64,000 bases of DNA, taken from the NCBI GenBank assembly GCA_973895155.1, contig OZ316898.1, forward strand, positions 17,536,752 through 17,600,751. Direction: 5' to 3'. Positions 13,564 through 25,468 of this stretch are shown piece by piece. The first letter of the stretch is position 1, and the number at the start of each line of letters is the position of its first letter. This stretch comes from Marsupella aquatica (taxonomy: Eukaryota; Plantae; Marchantiophyta). Both the position numbers and the translations under genes were made by a program. The notes beneath the pieces were generated by a model. That model had not been told where the DNA came from and did no database searches. It saw nothing but the letters and a program-made list of their open reading frames with translations.

Positions 13564-13981
13564 GACTCTCACTTAGGATCGAGTTCAGCTTTCGCACTGC
13601 TAACGGAGTTCTACGAAGTCAGCTCATCTACTTGAATAAAGAATGCACTCCGTTCGTAAATCGAAGGCCAAATCACTAACAGGAGACAGTGAAACACAGA
13701 AGAAAACTGGCAACCAGCGACACTCTAGTGAAGAGCTTTCGTTCGAGAGATCGAAATACTAGTCTAACAGCTCTATATAGTTGACGAGCAATCTCTAGCA
13801 CAGTCGTGTTTCGGAGTTCGGAGGATTGGGGCTTGTTGTATTTTGTTTGGACTGAGGCTATCATCAAACTCAGCGTTTGCGCCTGAATTTGCTACAGAAT
13901 CTTCCTTCATATTTTGTCTAGTTATATACTCCTCGTGGACCCATGCTTCTAGGCTTTCCGCTATATATATATATATATATA

Positions 13982-16548
13982 TCTATATCTACTTACTATA
14001 ATATACAATCCTGTCTTTTTGTGCTCATCTTCCGCTTACAAAATTCACTTTTGGAGTGAACTCATTATGACCATTGGATTTAAAACTTAAATTTTCCTGC
14101 TCATCAGATCTGTGTAAGGAAGAATAAAGAGTTTGTCCTAGCCTGAGGCACGGATCCATGGGCTTCCACCCACACCTAGATTCATATGCAAACATCTAGA
14201 AAAAGGTCATTGGGAATTGAGTTGACATGTGGCTATCATGGGTAGATGGGTCTGACAAGAAAATTTCATATACAAAAATCTAGAAAAAAATCATTGGGAA
14301 TTGAGTTGACATGTGGCTATCATGGGTAGATGGGTCTGACAAGAAAATCTAAGTAGACCCCACATGATTGCCCCATTCACTTAAAGTAAAAAGTATGGAC
14401 AACTTACAATACAAATTAAGTTGTGAGTTCAAAAGGGATGATTTATAGGAAAGTGGAAAAAAATTAAGGGATGATTTATAGGAAAGTGGAAAAAAATTAA
14501 GTCTACTAGGAGTAGTGAAAACATTATTTTTTTCTAATCTCTATAAAATACTTTTTCCAGGTTACATTAACATTCAATCCTATATTCTTTATTGCAATAA
14601 CCTTATTGACCAAAGACACAATGGCCCCAAGAATAAAATGGCCCCAACACCGAAATGGCCGAGTGATAAATGATTGTAACAATAAAATGGTTATAAGGAC
14701 AAATGTGCAATGCAGTTAGGGCAATGGGTTGCTATATATGTCATATTTCAAATCACATTATAAAAAACTATCCCATCTCAAAGAGTTAGTGCAATCTACA
14801 AAAGTGGAAAAGGAAGGAACAAACCAATACCATCAATATATTTCAATAATTTTGACACCCTTGGATTGAGTGAAAGGGATCACCTATGGAAGTGAATACC
14901 ATGGATATTTTTGCTCTTAAAGTAGGTGTTTACAAAATACATGTGCTGGCTAACTACTTTCAAAAATGACATGTGCATAACATTGGTATCATATTTGTTT
15001 TGTTTTTTTGCTAAGGAGAAGAGAAATTTTCATTTTTCTGAGAGATCATTTATCTTTTGCTCCATGTTGATTCTTCTTCTCTTTCTTAATCATGTTGGAA
15101 AGGGAGGGAGGGTGCCAAAGAGCCAGGATGGGAGACCGGAAGGAGAGAAAGGAAGAGCACAGAAGAGGAGATTGAAGAAAAAAGGAAAAAAATGTGAATT
15201 TATCTCCCTCCATATAGCTAAGGGCGACCACACTTGACCCTGTAACACCCCAGCCGCCCCCTGTCTTGCGTTCCCTCCCATGCTCTCACCCTTGCCACAA
15301 CATTGCTTTCACAATAGCACCTTGGGACATACATTGCCTCAATATCTTTGCCTCAACTTGACAATTTTTCTGGCCTTGACATATTTTTCTCAGCTTGACA
15401 TCTTTTTATCTCCTCAACTACTTTTTATCATATTGACATGTTTTCTCTCCTTGAGATATTTTCCTCACCCCAATGTTCTTTTCAATCTCACATTGACATC
15501 TTTTTCTCACCTTGCCATCTTTCCTCTCTGCACCTTTTCTCTCCTCAACATCTTTTATCACCTCAGCATTTTCTCATGCACCTTGATATATTTTATCTTT
15601 GGCATCTCTACTCATCTTAGCATCATATTTTCTTTTTCACATTTCTTTTCTCTCATGGACATGATTTCCTCACCTTAATATCATTTTCTCACCTTGACAT
15701 TTTTTTTCTCTCATTTAACGTTTTTCTCACCTCAACATCTTTTTCTCTCCTCGACATATTTTCTCATCTCAGCATCTTTTTTATCTCCTCGATATCTTTT
15801 CCTCACCTCAATGTTTTTTCTCACCTCAACATATTCTGGGCAACGCATGGGCATTGGGCTATTTTTATATATATATTCTGCCAAAACAATGAGACATCGC
15901 ACCCATAAACTATGCCAAATATTTCTATGCTTTTTCATCACAATTGTCTCACAAAATTTGACTTTTATTGTCCCAAAGAAAGCCTTGGAAGCAAAGCAAA
16001 GAGGGGGAGAGGCAAGGAGAAAGGGGAGGGGGGGCACATGGATGAGAAAAGAGGGAGGGAGAGGCTTCATCTTGCCCCATCCGGTCGCAGGTAAGGGGTG
16101 GAAAAAGTGTCAAGTTTATTTTCTCACCTCAAAATCTGTTGCTCTATTTTACATCTTTTTCTGTTCAAAATCTTTTTCTCTCCTTTGCACACGTTTCTCT
16201 CCACAACATCTTTTGTTCACCTAGACATATTTTCTCTCCTCAATTTTTTTCTCATCTCAACATCTATTTTTCTCCTAAATGTCTTTTCTCTCGTGGACAT
16301 ATGTTTCTCACTTGGACACCTTTTTCTCTCCTCTACTTCTTTTATCATCTCAACATCTTTTCCTCACCTCAACATTATTCTCACCTCGACATCTTTTCTC
16401 TCCTCAACATCTTTTCGCTCCTTGACATCTTTTATCGCCTTGCCATCTTCTATCACCTCGACATCTTTTATCATCTCAACATCTTTTCTCTCCCCGACAT
16501 CTTTTTTCACCTCGACATCTTTCGTGCAACGCATGGGCATTGGGCTAG
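13982..16548 (+). mobile_element. Non-autonomous Helitron
   Basis: 5' end TCTATATCTACTTACTATAATATA follows an A within a (TA)n run. The 3' hairpin CGTGCAACGCATG (16523-16535) is followed by GGCATTGGG-CTAG (16545-16548) and then T. The interior contains degenerate CTCACCTCAACATCTTTT-type minisatellite arrays (~15340-15835, ~16120-16520) and small tandem duplications (14194-14349, 14432-14500). Confidence 0.75.
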
Positions 16549-17934
16549 TATATATAGATATATGATGCGTTTAAATCGCTTCGTTGTACTGACATCATAA
16601 ATGAAGTGTATTGGTTTGTGTTCTGGTGTATCGGTGTATGGGGCACATTAATCATTAACCTGGCTGCGCATTATCTTGACATAATTATATATATGTGCGA
16701 TTCTGGGAGACACTGAACTCCTTATTCATAAACTGTGCACAAACTACTGTCACTAGGTTAGTCTGCTGTGATGGTCAATACAAGAGTTACTTTCTAGAAA
16801 TCTTCCTGGCAAGATAATATATGGCACTCTTGTTGCTACTACCTCCTTCCCCCAAGAGAACACCATGCCCCTCTATTCAAACAGTGGGCCATGGGGTGCT
16901 CTATTTGAATAGTGCACGTACCCGAGGGGCTGGTCCTCTTACTTGTGGATCTGAGAGGACCTTACTATCCATTTTACGTCAAGTCTTATGTCAAGTTCAA
17001 CTTACTGCATTTCATTAATCGCACGCTTTCTCCGGAAACCTGACATACATCTCTAATTTTTGCTTGAGGAACCTAGCAAACAACCAGATATCATACTAAG
17101 TCCATAAATTGAAAATTTACCTGCTTCAGATAGAGTACATGGAGGGAACAGATGAAGCTTGACACAAAAGATCAAGAGGCTATTTCTTTCAATGACTATA
17201 AAGTTAATTGCCCAGGTTAAGTGGGAGCAAAGGTTTTGGATTTGATGCAAGAATAATTATAGAGATTATTTAGTCAAATTCATGTGAACTGTACGTAATA
17301 CATCAGAACCCCAGGCTACAATAGATATGAACACTAGCAAGTCTAACATTAATAATGGTAACCACTTTTCCAGGCCACTTTTGCTTCTGTGGGATAATTA
17401 TAGCCATATATCTATGTAGACTTAGTAAAAAAAAAGCTAATTTTGTGCACATGAAGCAGTGTTACTTTGGACTCAAGATCACCCATTTTTACTACCCATA
17501 GCACTCTAAACAAATTGGAAAAAACAAACTGAAAAACTGACAAGAATTGGGGTTACTTTGCACTCGAGATCACTTTTCACCGAAACTATGAACACGAATT
17601 TCATAATAGCGTTAATGCTTGCAGAACACTTTAAAAAAAAAAACTGGGTTGAAAGCTCATAATTAAACGTAGAGACAAATAGTCATGTATGGGAAAACAA
17701 CCATTCCAATGTAACCCAAGTGTAATGGAGTCTGACTTTGAGTTTGAATGTTCTTCCCCACTACTTCCACGGTACCTCAAATATATTAATCCCAAGGGTA
17801 CTGTAATAGGATTAGTACCAGATCTAAAAGGAACATTCTCAAGAAGACAAAACGTGGAATGGCAATAATATGCACCCTACAATAATAGAAGAGTGCTTTT
17901 GTCCCACACTTAGACAATATACCGGATCTTTGAA

Positions 17935-18250
17935 GCTAGCCTATGAAGTTCTTTGATACCATTGGAGACAAAACAAATCAATGCAGACAGATCGATATGA
18001 GTTGAAAGATATTTTATTACTGTATTGGAAACTAAAAAATATTTGGGGGGCCTGACTGCCTGAGGCTACAAGCCCAAGCTAGAAAAATAAAATAAAATTG
18101 TAGGCTAGCGTATGAAGTTCTTTGATACCATTACAAAACAAATCAATGCAGACAGATATGAGTTGAAAGATATTTTATTGTATTGGAAATTAAAAGGATT
18201 TGGGAAACAGCCTGAGGCTACAACTAAGCCCAAGATGGAAAACAAAATAA
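17935..18250. repeat. Tandem duplication, ~168 bp unit x2
   Basis: GCTAGC.TATGAAGTTCTTTGATACCATT...ACAAATCAATGCAGACAGAT...GAGTTGAAAGATATTTTATT starts at 17935 and again at 18103. Confidence 0.85.
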
Positions 18251-18330
18251 TTTTTTAGGACTACTGGCTTCTTGACTATTTTAGGCTTGATTCCCCTGTC
18301 ATGTGGGCTGAGGGGCTTTGACAAGAACCA

Positions 18331-18400
18331 GCCGGCTTTGGTCAGCTGGCCAGGGGATGAGCCTAGAACCAATAGGTCCCAAGTTCAATCCCCCCTCCAC
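18331..18400 (+). mobile_element. tRNA-like Pol III head (SINE-like or tRNA pseudogene)
   Basis: A-box-like TGGTCAGCTGG (18339-18349), anticodon-like stem-loop GCCTA-GAACCAA-TAGGT (18361-18377) and B-box-like GTTCAATCC (18383-18391) occur at tRNA-like spacing. There is no good acceptor stem. Confidence 0.4.
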
Positions 18401-20335
18401 ACGCAAGGGGTGATGAGGATATATGTGTGTGGATGTGTGCCTGGGTGTAGTTCTGGGAGTCCTGGGCATGGTTTCTCCTCATCCCCTAGCTGGCCACCCT
18501 GGTTCAACCCTCTCTCCCTCCTGGTCTGGGTCCCATAGGATCCCTGGGTGTTCGGGCCCCTCTTGTGGGCTACCCTACAAGTGACGCATACTCCAAAGTA
18601 GGAGGTCTATCCTTTGTTGGATGGGTCTAATTTTGACTTTCAAGGCAAAAGACACTGTCTTGATGGCAACAGTTTTTTGTACTATGTGAAAGATACAATA
18701 CTAACAATTCAAATGTGGGAACAGGTCACACTTCACTTTACATGAACTTGTGAGCACAGAAAGACAAAACCATCACGGATCTGCAAGTGGGCTCTTGTTG
18801 GTCCATTTCTTTGCTGATGTGAGTGTGCTTGTTTTGTTGTCAAAAACTTAGACCTCCTCTTGAGGTGGTCGAAAAGAATGGATCAGAGCTGCCATTTCCA
18901 TTCAAGGTCTTTCCATTGATTATCTCCAGACCTTACACATTTGGCTTTGCTTTGGAGGAGTTACACTATTTAACTGCCCCCATGTCTTGTAAAGCCCCTA
19001 TACTTAGTGTCAAAGGAAATGAGAAGTGGGAGGCTGAAGTGGCAGGATTAATTAAAATTGAGAGTTAAAGTCATTAATGACCAATACTTTAGTCCTTAGT
19101 TACTCTAGGTCTGTTAACTAGTACTTAACCGAAAGTCAAACGCCAAAAAATGGTTAACTTTTGTTACTCTTCACACTTCTGGAGTCATGTGGGAGTATAC
19201 ATGACTCTTGTCATGGTGGGGTCCTTTGGCAGCGTTGGAAACACTGAAGACATTATGTCCCTATTATGTCTGTAAGAATTGATTGAAACATTGAGAACAT
19301 TGCATTCCCATTTTCTGTAAGAATTGATTAACATCTGAACAACAAAGATTTTACGTGTTTATACTTGCAGGTTTTGCAACTTGGAGCACAAATTGCATTA
19401 TTTCTCAATGTCATCATATCGTACTTTGGTGCAATCCAATTTCACTTCCTCTGGATGGCCTATGCTACTCTGGTTGCTGCTACGGTCATTCCTGACTCTA
19501 GTTGAGTGCATCCTTCATGTACATTTTCTCCTATCCAACCATAATCTAATTAAGAGCCTAAAATATATATGTTTGGCTTGGAGAATATATGTGGCAAGAC
19601 ATCATAAGTTAGTACCACTGCCAACCTACGACATGATGACTATAGTTGATAACCCCTCCCATAGTATCATTAAGCACAAATACTACAAGTGCGTAAATTA
19701 GACAGTCTAAGTGACAAAGTTCCCCCAAAAAAACCCTCCTCACTAGTTCAGGAGGAAATGAATAAAAGTCAACTTGCATGAGGGCAGCCCTCAAGACATT
19801 GGCCCTTAGCACTCCCTAAACTGCCAAAGAAAGCATATCTTGTTTTTCCACAATATCTGCTGCCCTGCTACATGTGAACAACGGACCTTCTAATTCTTGT
19901 CACTACCTTGTTGTTTCCAGCCAAAGATTTTAGTAACTGACAGGCCACTATGCAGGGAATTGCATGGTGTCTCCCCCCAAATTAAGTGCGGTTGACATGC
20001 GCTCCTGTTTGCTCTTGCTTGCTTGCACTCCACTTCACATGAGCTCTTGCTCCACACTTACGCTCCAATTCACATGCACTCCTGCTCAAATCCAACTTTT
20101 TGCGCCCCTTTAAATTAAGCTCTCATTCCTCTACTACAATGTTTGATGTCGGACAAGGTGGTGATTGTAGTCTGGGATTTCAGCTGTTTACCTTGTAAAT
20201 AATTGTCTGTCTATCCATTTGTTCAGTATCTGTCTTTTGATGCAGTCCTGCACTTACAGTCGGTGTATCCTTGACTGTGTATCTGTCTTTTGATGCAGTC
20301 CTGCACTTACAAACGGTGCATTTTTTGGCATACTA

Positions 20336-20720
20336 ACAAAGAAAAATGTCCTAATTAGGGGATTACAATACGGACCTGCAATTACCCCCAATGTCATTAT
20401 ACATGTTGCACTTATCCATTTTTTGGTGCATTTACAAAGAAAAATGTTATAATATTAGGGGGACTACACTACCGACCTGCAATTACCCCCAATGTACTTA
20501 TATGTGTTGCACTTATCCATTTTTGTGCATTTATAAAGAAAAAATGTCCTAATTATAGGGGACTACACTATCGACCTGCAATTACCCCCAATGTACTTAT
20601 ATTCGTTGCACTTATCCATATTTTGTGCATTTATAAAGAAAACTGTTACAATATTAGGGACTACACTACCGATCTGCAATTACCCCCCGAATGCAGTTAT
20701 ACGCGTTGCACTTATCCACA
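20336..20720. repeat. Tandem repeat, ~4 copies of a ~99 bp unit, directly upstream of RPL9
   Basis: CCTGCAATTACCCCC...GTTGCACTTATCCA recurs at ~100 bp spacing (~20375, 20475, 20575, 20674). Confidence 0.9.
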
Positions 20721-20875
20721 GTGGACTGTGAGTTTCGAATCGAAGTCAGTGGATAAGATGTGAGCTCGATTATCAGTACTGAAGGAAAGAACGAAGAAAA
20801 ACGAAGGAAAGGGAAACGAAAGCAAAGGAAAGGAAAGGAAACGAAGGATTTTAGGGAGCAGAAGAAGGAAGGGAG

Positions 20876-23314
20876 ATGGCGACCATGGCCGCTGCCTCGA
20901 CCGCAACAGCAGCAGCAGCGTCGTCGATGCGTCTTCTACCGTCTCACGAGGGATTGCGCGTGCAGCCCCATTCCACAGTAAGCACCTCCACGCCACGCCA
21001 TGCCACGCCTCTCTCATTTTCTGTCTCGGTCTCTGCTTTTGTTTCTCGCTCGCTCGTTCCCTCATTTTTCTCATGGTGGGAGTCTTCTTTCTAGCTTTTT
21101 CTGTCTCAATATCTACCTCGGCCTTTTTTGGGGTTAGGTTTTCCGTTTCCCGGCCTCGTCTTCTTTCCTCAGCTTCAATGATGATTTTCTTTGTCTCCAA
21201 AAATCCGCAAACTGCGCATTCTTGTGTGCTGGAGCTTCACCCATAGAGGGCTCTAGCTGACGCCCTGACGGAGGGATTTCCACAATGACTGACGGCCCAT
21301 TTTGAAGTTAAGCTACGAATTGCCACAATGAATTTCTGTGAATTCGTTGCAATGAGGTCCTACGGTTGTTGAAATTTTGGATGTGACGTTATGTGATAAG
21401 GTGAAGTTTGCCCCGGCACCCACTCAGACGACAAGCAGTGAATCGTCCCTGGTGATTAGGGCTAATAAGAGGGTGCAAAAGAGACGGACGGTACGATGAC
21501 CAATTTCCTTCATCATCTTCTTTGCAATGGCCTTGCCTCACGTAGATGAGGCGAGTCTTTACACACAGTACATCTCCTCGATGGACCGATGCTTCTCAAG
21601 TCTCTACGGAAGAGTTAGTTTTTGTCTGTGCTTACAGTCAACCATGACGTAGTGTAGTAATTTGGCTTATGATGATCTTCGTTGCACAAGGGGTTTGGAT
21701 ATTGACTTCGAAGGACTATTGTTTTGTCATTCAGATAGTTCTGACACAAGATGTCACAGAGCTTGGAAAGACTGGTGAGCTTCTGTCTGTGAAGACAGGC
21801 TATTTCCGCAACTTCTTATACCCTACAGGGAAAGCCAAAATTGCCACTGCTGAGCTTCTCAAGTGAGTTGGTAATCGCATTCGTTTTGAAATTCCTTTCG
21901 AAGTGGGAGTCATGTAAAGGCTCTCACCAGGTGGAAGAATTCTCCAGAAATTATAGTGATGACAACCAGGAAACCTTTTTGTTTTGCAGAATACTTATAG
22001 GAATAATTTCCCGGGCGAGAAATCCAATAATCCGAAAATGCGTCAAGTTCAGAGTGTTCTCATCATTTTGGTTTTTCCTGAGCTGAATTGGAAGTTTATA
22101 TGCACCGTGGTACGCAATGCAGGTCGATAAAGCAGGAAGAAGAGAGGGCAGTCGCAGAGAAGAGGAAGGTAACTTCGCATGCTGTTTTTTACTACAGTTC
22201 TTGTATTACTTTTATTCTTTATCCTGTCTTTTCGTAGTTGTGTGCACAAAGACCAATTAATTATTGACGTAGCTTGATGTCATTTTGAAAATACTCAGGT
22301 GAAAGAGGAGGCAGAGTTGATCGCGAGACAATTCCAAGCAGCTGGTTTCTTCAATGTAAGGCGCAGAGGTGGACAGGGCAAGCAAATCTTCGGCTCGTAA
22401 GTATTCTCAATTGTGTACCAGACTCGAGATTGTTTTTCTGCGAATAGGACGTATCACAAGTGCATAGGTTATCTCTGTGCTTTGCTCAGTGGCATATACC
22501 TCAATTTCGACAGTTTTTAGAAGACTGTTCACTGGAAATTATCTGCAGCTGCGCATACTAGTATTATGCTGCTAGTGACGTAGTTGTCGTTTGGTCAATT
22601 CTTTTCAGGAGCGTCTGACAGTGTAGATGACCGGGCAACCTCTCCTAAAGGTTTTGAAACTTTAGGTTTGGCTAGGGAAAAATTGTGTTTAATCAACGGT
22701 ACTTAATCAACCGAACTGAAGGCGTGAGTAAGATTGACGAAGGTTGGCTAACAAAGTTGATTGTTACTGTTGCAGTGTGACTTCTCAAGATGTCGTGGAC
22801 ATAATCAAAGCGCAGACGGGCAGGTCAGGACCTTTCCAACCATTCACTTTGACAACCAGGAGTAATGCGCTCTAATTATCGTGGGTCATTGTAAGGTTTA
22901 TAAATGTTTTCCTCCTGCAAGACTTGGATAAAACTTGTCCAACCTGAACACACTTGGTCATTTCAGCATAATCATCTTAGGCTTGTTGGTAGAAGACCAC
23001 TGCATTGATTGTTGGTTCAGGGCGAACAAGGTGTTTCTTCAAACAATCAGTCGACACGGTTTGCAGCTAGATAAATCTGTTTGTATATGAGGTGGGCCCT
23101 CAGCAGGGTCCAGAATGTTGAATATGGTTTCGTGGTAGTCGAATTTGGGATTCTGCCTAATATATAGGCTGGTGTACTTTGTGGTGCTGCCAGGGAGGTT
23201 GACAAGAGGGTTGTTACAGTTCCCGAAGTCCGAGAAACTGGGCAATATACAGTCGAGATCAAGCTTCACCCTGAAGTGACAGCTCCAGTGAAGATCAATG
23301 TCATTGCCAAGTAA
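20876..23314 (+). CDS. RPL9: Plastid 50S ribosomal protein L9 (nuclear-encoded); exons 20876-20977, 21401-21490, 21735-21862, 22123-22168, 22299-22396, 22776-22823, 23194-23314; ~210 aa
   Basis: Ala/Ser/Thr-rich transit peptide; L9 N-domain [34 protein letters not shown]; C-domain [20 protein letters not shown]...[13 protein letters not shown]. All introns are GT-AG with consistent phases. Confidence 0.92.
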
Positions 23315-25468
23315 AATGCATGGTCTTGCAAGTAAACTTAGTAGGAGTTAGATGAACTCTTCATTTTTTCTGAGGTGAAATTTCAGAGATCGTGCCAGGC
23401 TGTCATGTTGTTGGAACATTTAAAGACTTGGCAGAGGGTAGGTGTATGGTATTACACCAATGTGCAGCCGCTTGTGGGCTTGTTAATTAAACCCATTTAA
23501 TGATAAGAGCCATTTGCAGTGGTTTCGTGTGATTGTCAGTACATACAATCTTTGAGCCTCATAAATTGCACCTCATAAGTCGGAGAGTAGACCCAATGTA
23601 AGGGTGAAAGTAATGGGAAAAAGAAGTGTGAAGCTTGATGATCATGGTAAACAATGTCATCTTCGTACAGAGATATATAACATTGACAAAGTTTACACTG
23701 GAATTGGATTAGGAAATCAATGCTTACGTGGTTACACCACTAGGTGACATCATATGGACCCGACATCAATACTGACACCGTGACTTGGAATTAACTATTA
23801 AGGTTGAAACGACACTGAGGGATCAAGTTGTGGTTCACAGCCAGTTTCAAACCACCACTGGTCTGGCCATATAGAAGGGGGGAAGTGTCCAAGACTTCCC
23901 CCACTTTCAACTCAGACAGGAACAAATTACTATACATGATGAAACCTGGTGGATCCAGGTTTCATGATTGACAGTGGCAGTCTAACTGGAAAACCAACCG
24001 GGTGTGAGGAACTGAGGCTAATCAGTGAAATAACCTAGGCAATAGTAGAAAAATGACACATAAACACGAAAAACCCAAAAGTTCATGCGCTATTTTATAG
24101 ATTTTCCTGAGGTCATTCGGAACTAATTTTGCTGTCCATGTAATGGATATTTCAATACCAATTCGAGCTATTCTGAGGTTCTGCATTTCAATCATTCTGT
24201 GATGCTACGCAATCATTGTGGCACTCCTACAGTGTGTCCACCACCATCACAATTATGTATGGATATTTGCACCTACGAAGGAAATGCTACGAAGGAAATA
24301 CTCTGCATGCATCACTACACTGATGCCGAGGATGACCTCCCTCACAATTCTCTGTGCCCCGACTCCCCAGCGAGCAAGGCTTTGAAAAACAAACGAGGCC
24401 TGCCTGAACCTCGGTAGGCGTGACAACTGCTCACAACTCAATCGAAGTGTTATTACTGCTCGTCCGTGCCTCATGCATGCACACTAGTCTCAGTAACCAC
24501 TAATGTCCTTGAGGTCCCATCAGGCTTTGGACCGAAGGCAGACTTCGACCAGAAACACCACCTCCATCCACATGGCACATTGCACCTGGCTCTCAAAATT
24601 CATTCATGAAACTCTCTCCTGCATAATCGACTGTGTAATTCATTAAGTCCAGTGACAGTACTAGGGATTGAGCAAGTAGTTGCTGTGGACAAACGACATC
24701 AAACAGTATCTAAATGTTGGTAATATGCAAACGGTCTGAAGGTCAACCACGATCCCGAATGAGATAAGAACCAAATACTTACTAGTAAAGAGGAGCTGAC
24801 AGCTCAGTAGAAGACTTAATACAGTTGAATTATTCTAAAACTCGATAGAGGAGAAAGAATAGCGGTTAAACTTGCGAATTGACCTAACACGTGATCCAAA
24901 GCAGGGTAACCTTTTGTAATGTGGGAAACAAAATGAATGGCAATCAGCATTCTTATGTTGCTTGGTTGTCTATATTGTACATTCTTGTAACAAGTATGGA
25001 ACTTATCCACAGCCAGAGTGTGCTCCAAAACCGTCAGACCAATAAATAAATTCTCTCCTGTATACATGAAGTCCAGGTTTCCTTCACAAGGCTAAGGCCT
25101 AAAATGAAGGCCTGGCGTGACGTTAATTAACAAATGCATGAGCTGGAGCACTTGGGAGATTAAAATCTCAACATCCTAAAATATTACAGATATGGATGTC
25201 AACCCTCGTGCAGCTAACACACTGGAATGAGATCTAGATGCAGGAATTCGAACTCAGCAGCTCATATAATATCCCGTTAGGGAATGATAGTCCCTATTCT
25301 CTCCCCAAGAACAAAGGGAGCATATGTGGCAAGCATGCTTTTTATACCTCCACATATATCTGTATCAGACATTCATCAGACATTCCACCAGACATAACCT
25401 TGCAAAAGGGTCGAGCACGAAATCAAATGCAGAAGGCTTGACTGAAAAAAATCAACTTTTCTGTCTAC

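Noticed and set aside
15280-16600. Several 130-180 aa Phe/Ser/Leu-rich ORFs, also 45980-46255
   Set aside because: They are translations of the Helitron minisatellite, not proteins.
20712-20720. TTATCCACA matches the bacterial DnaA box
   Set aside because: This is plant nuclear DNA, and the match is explained by the end of the tandem repeat unit.
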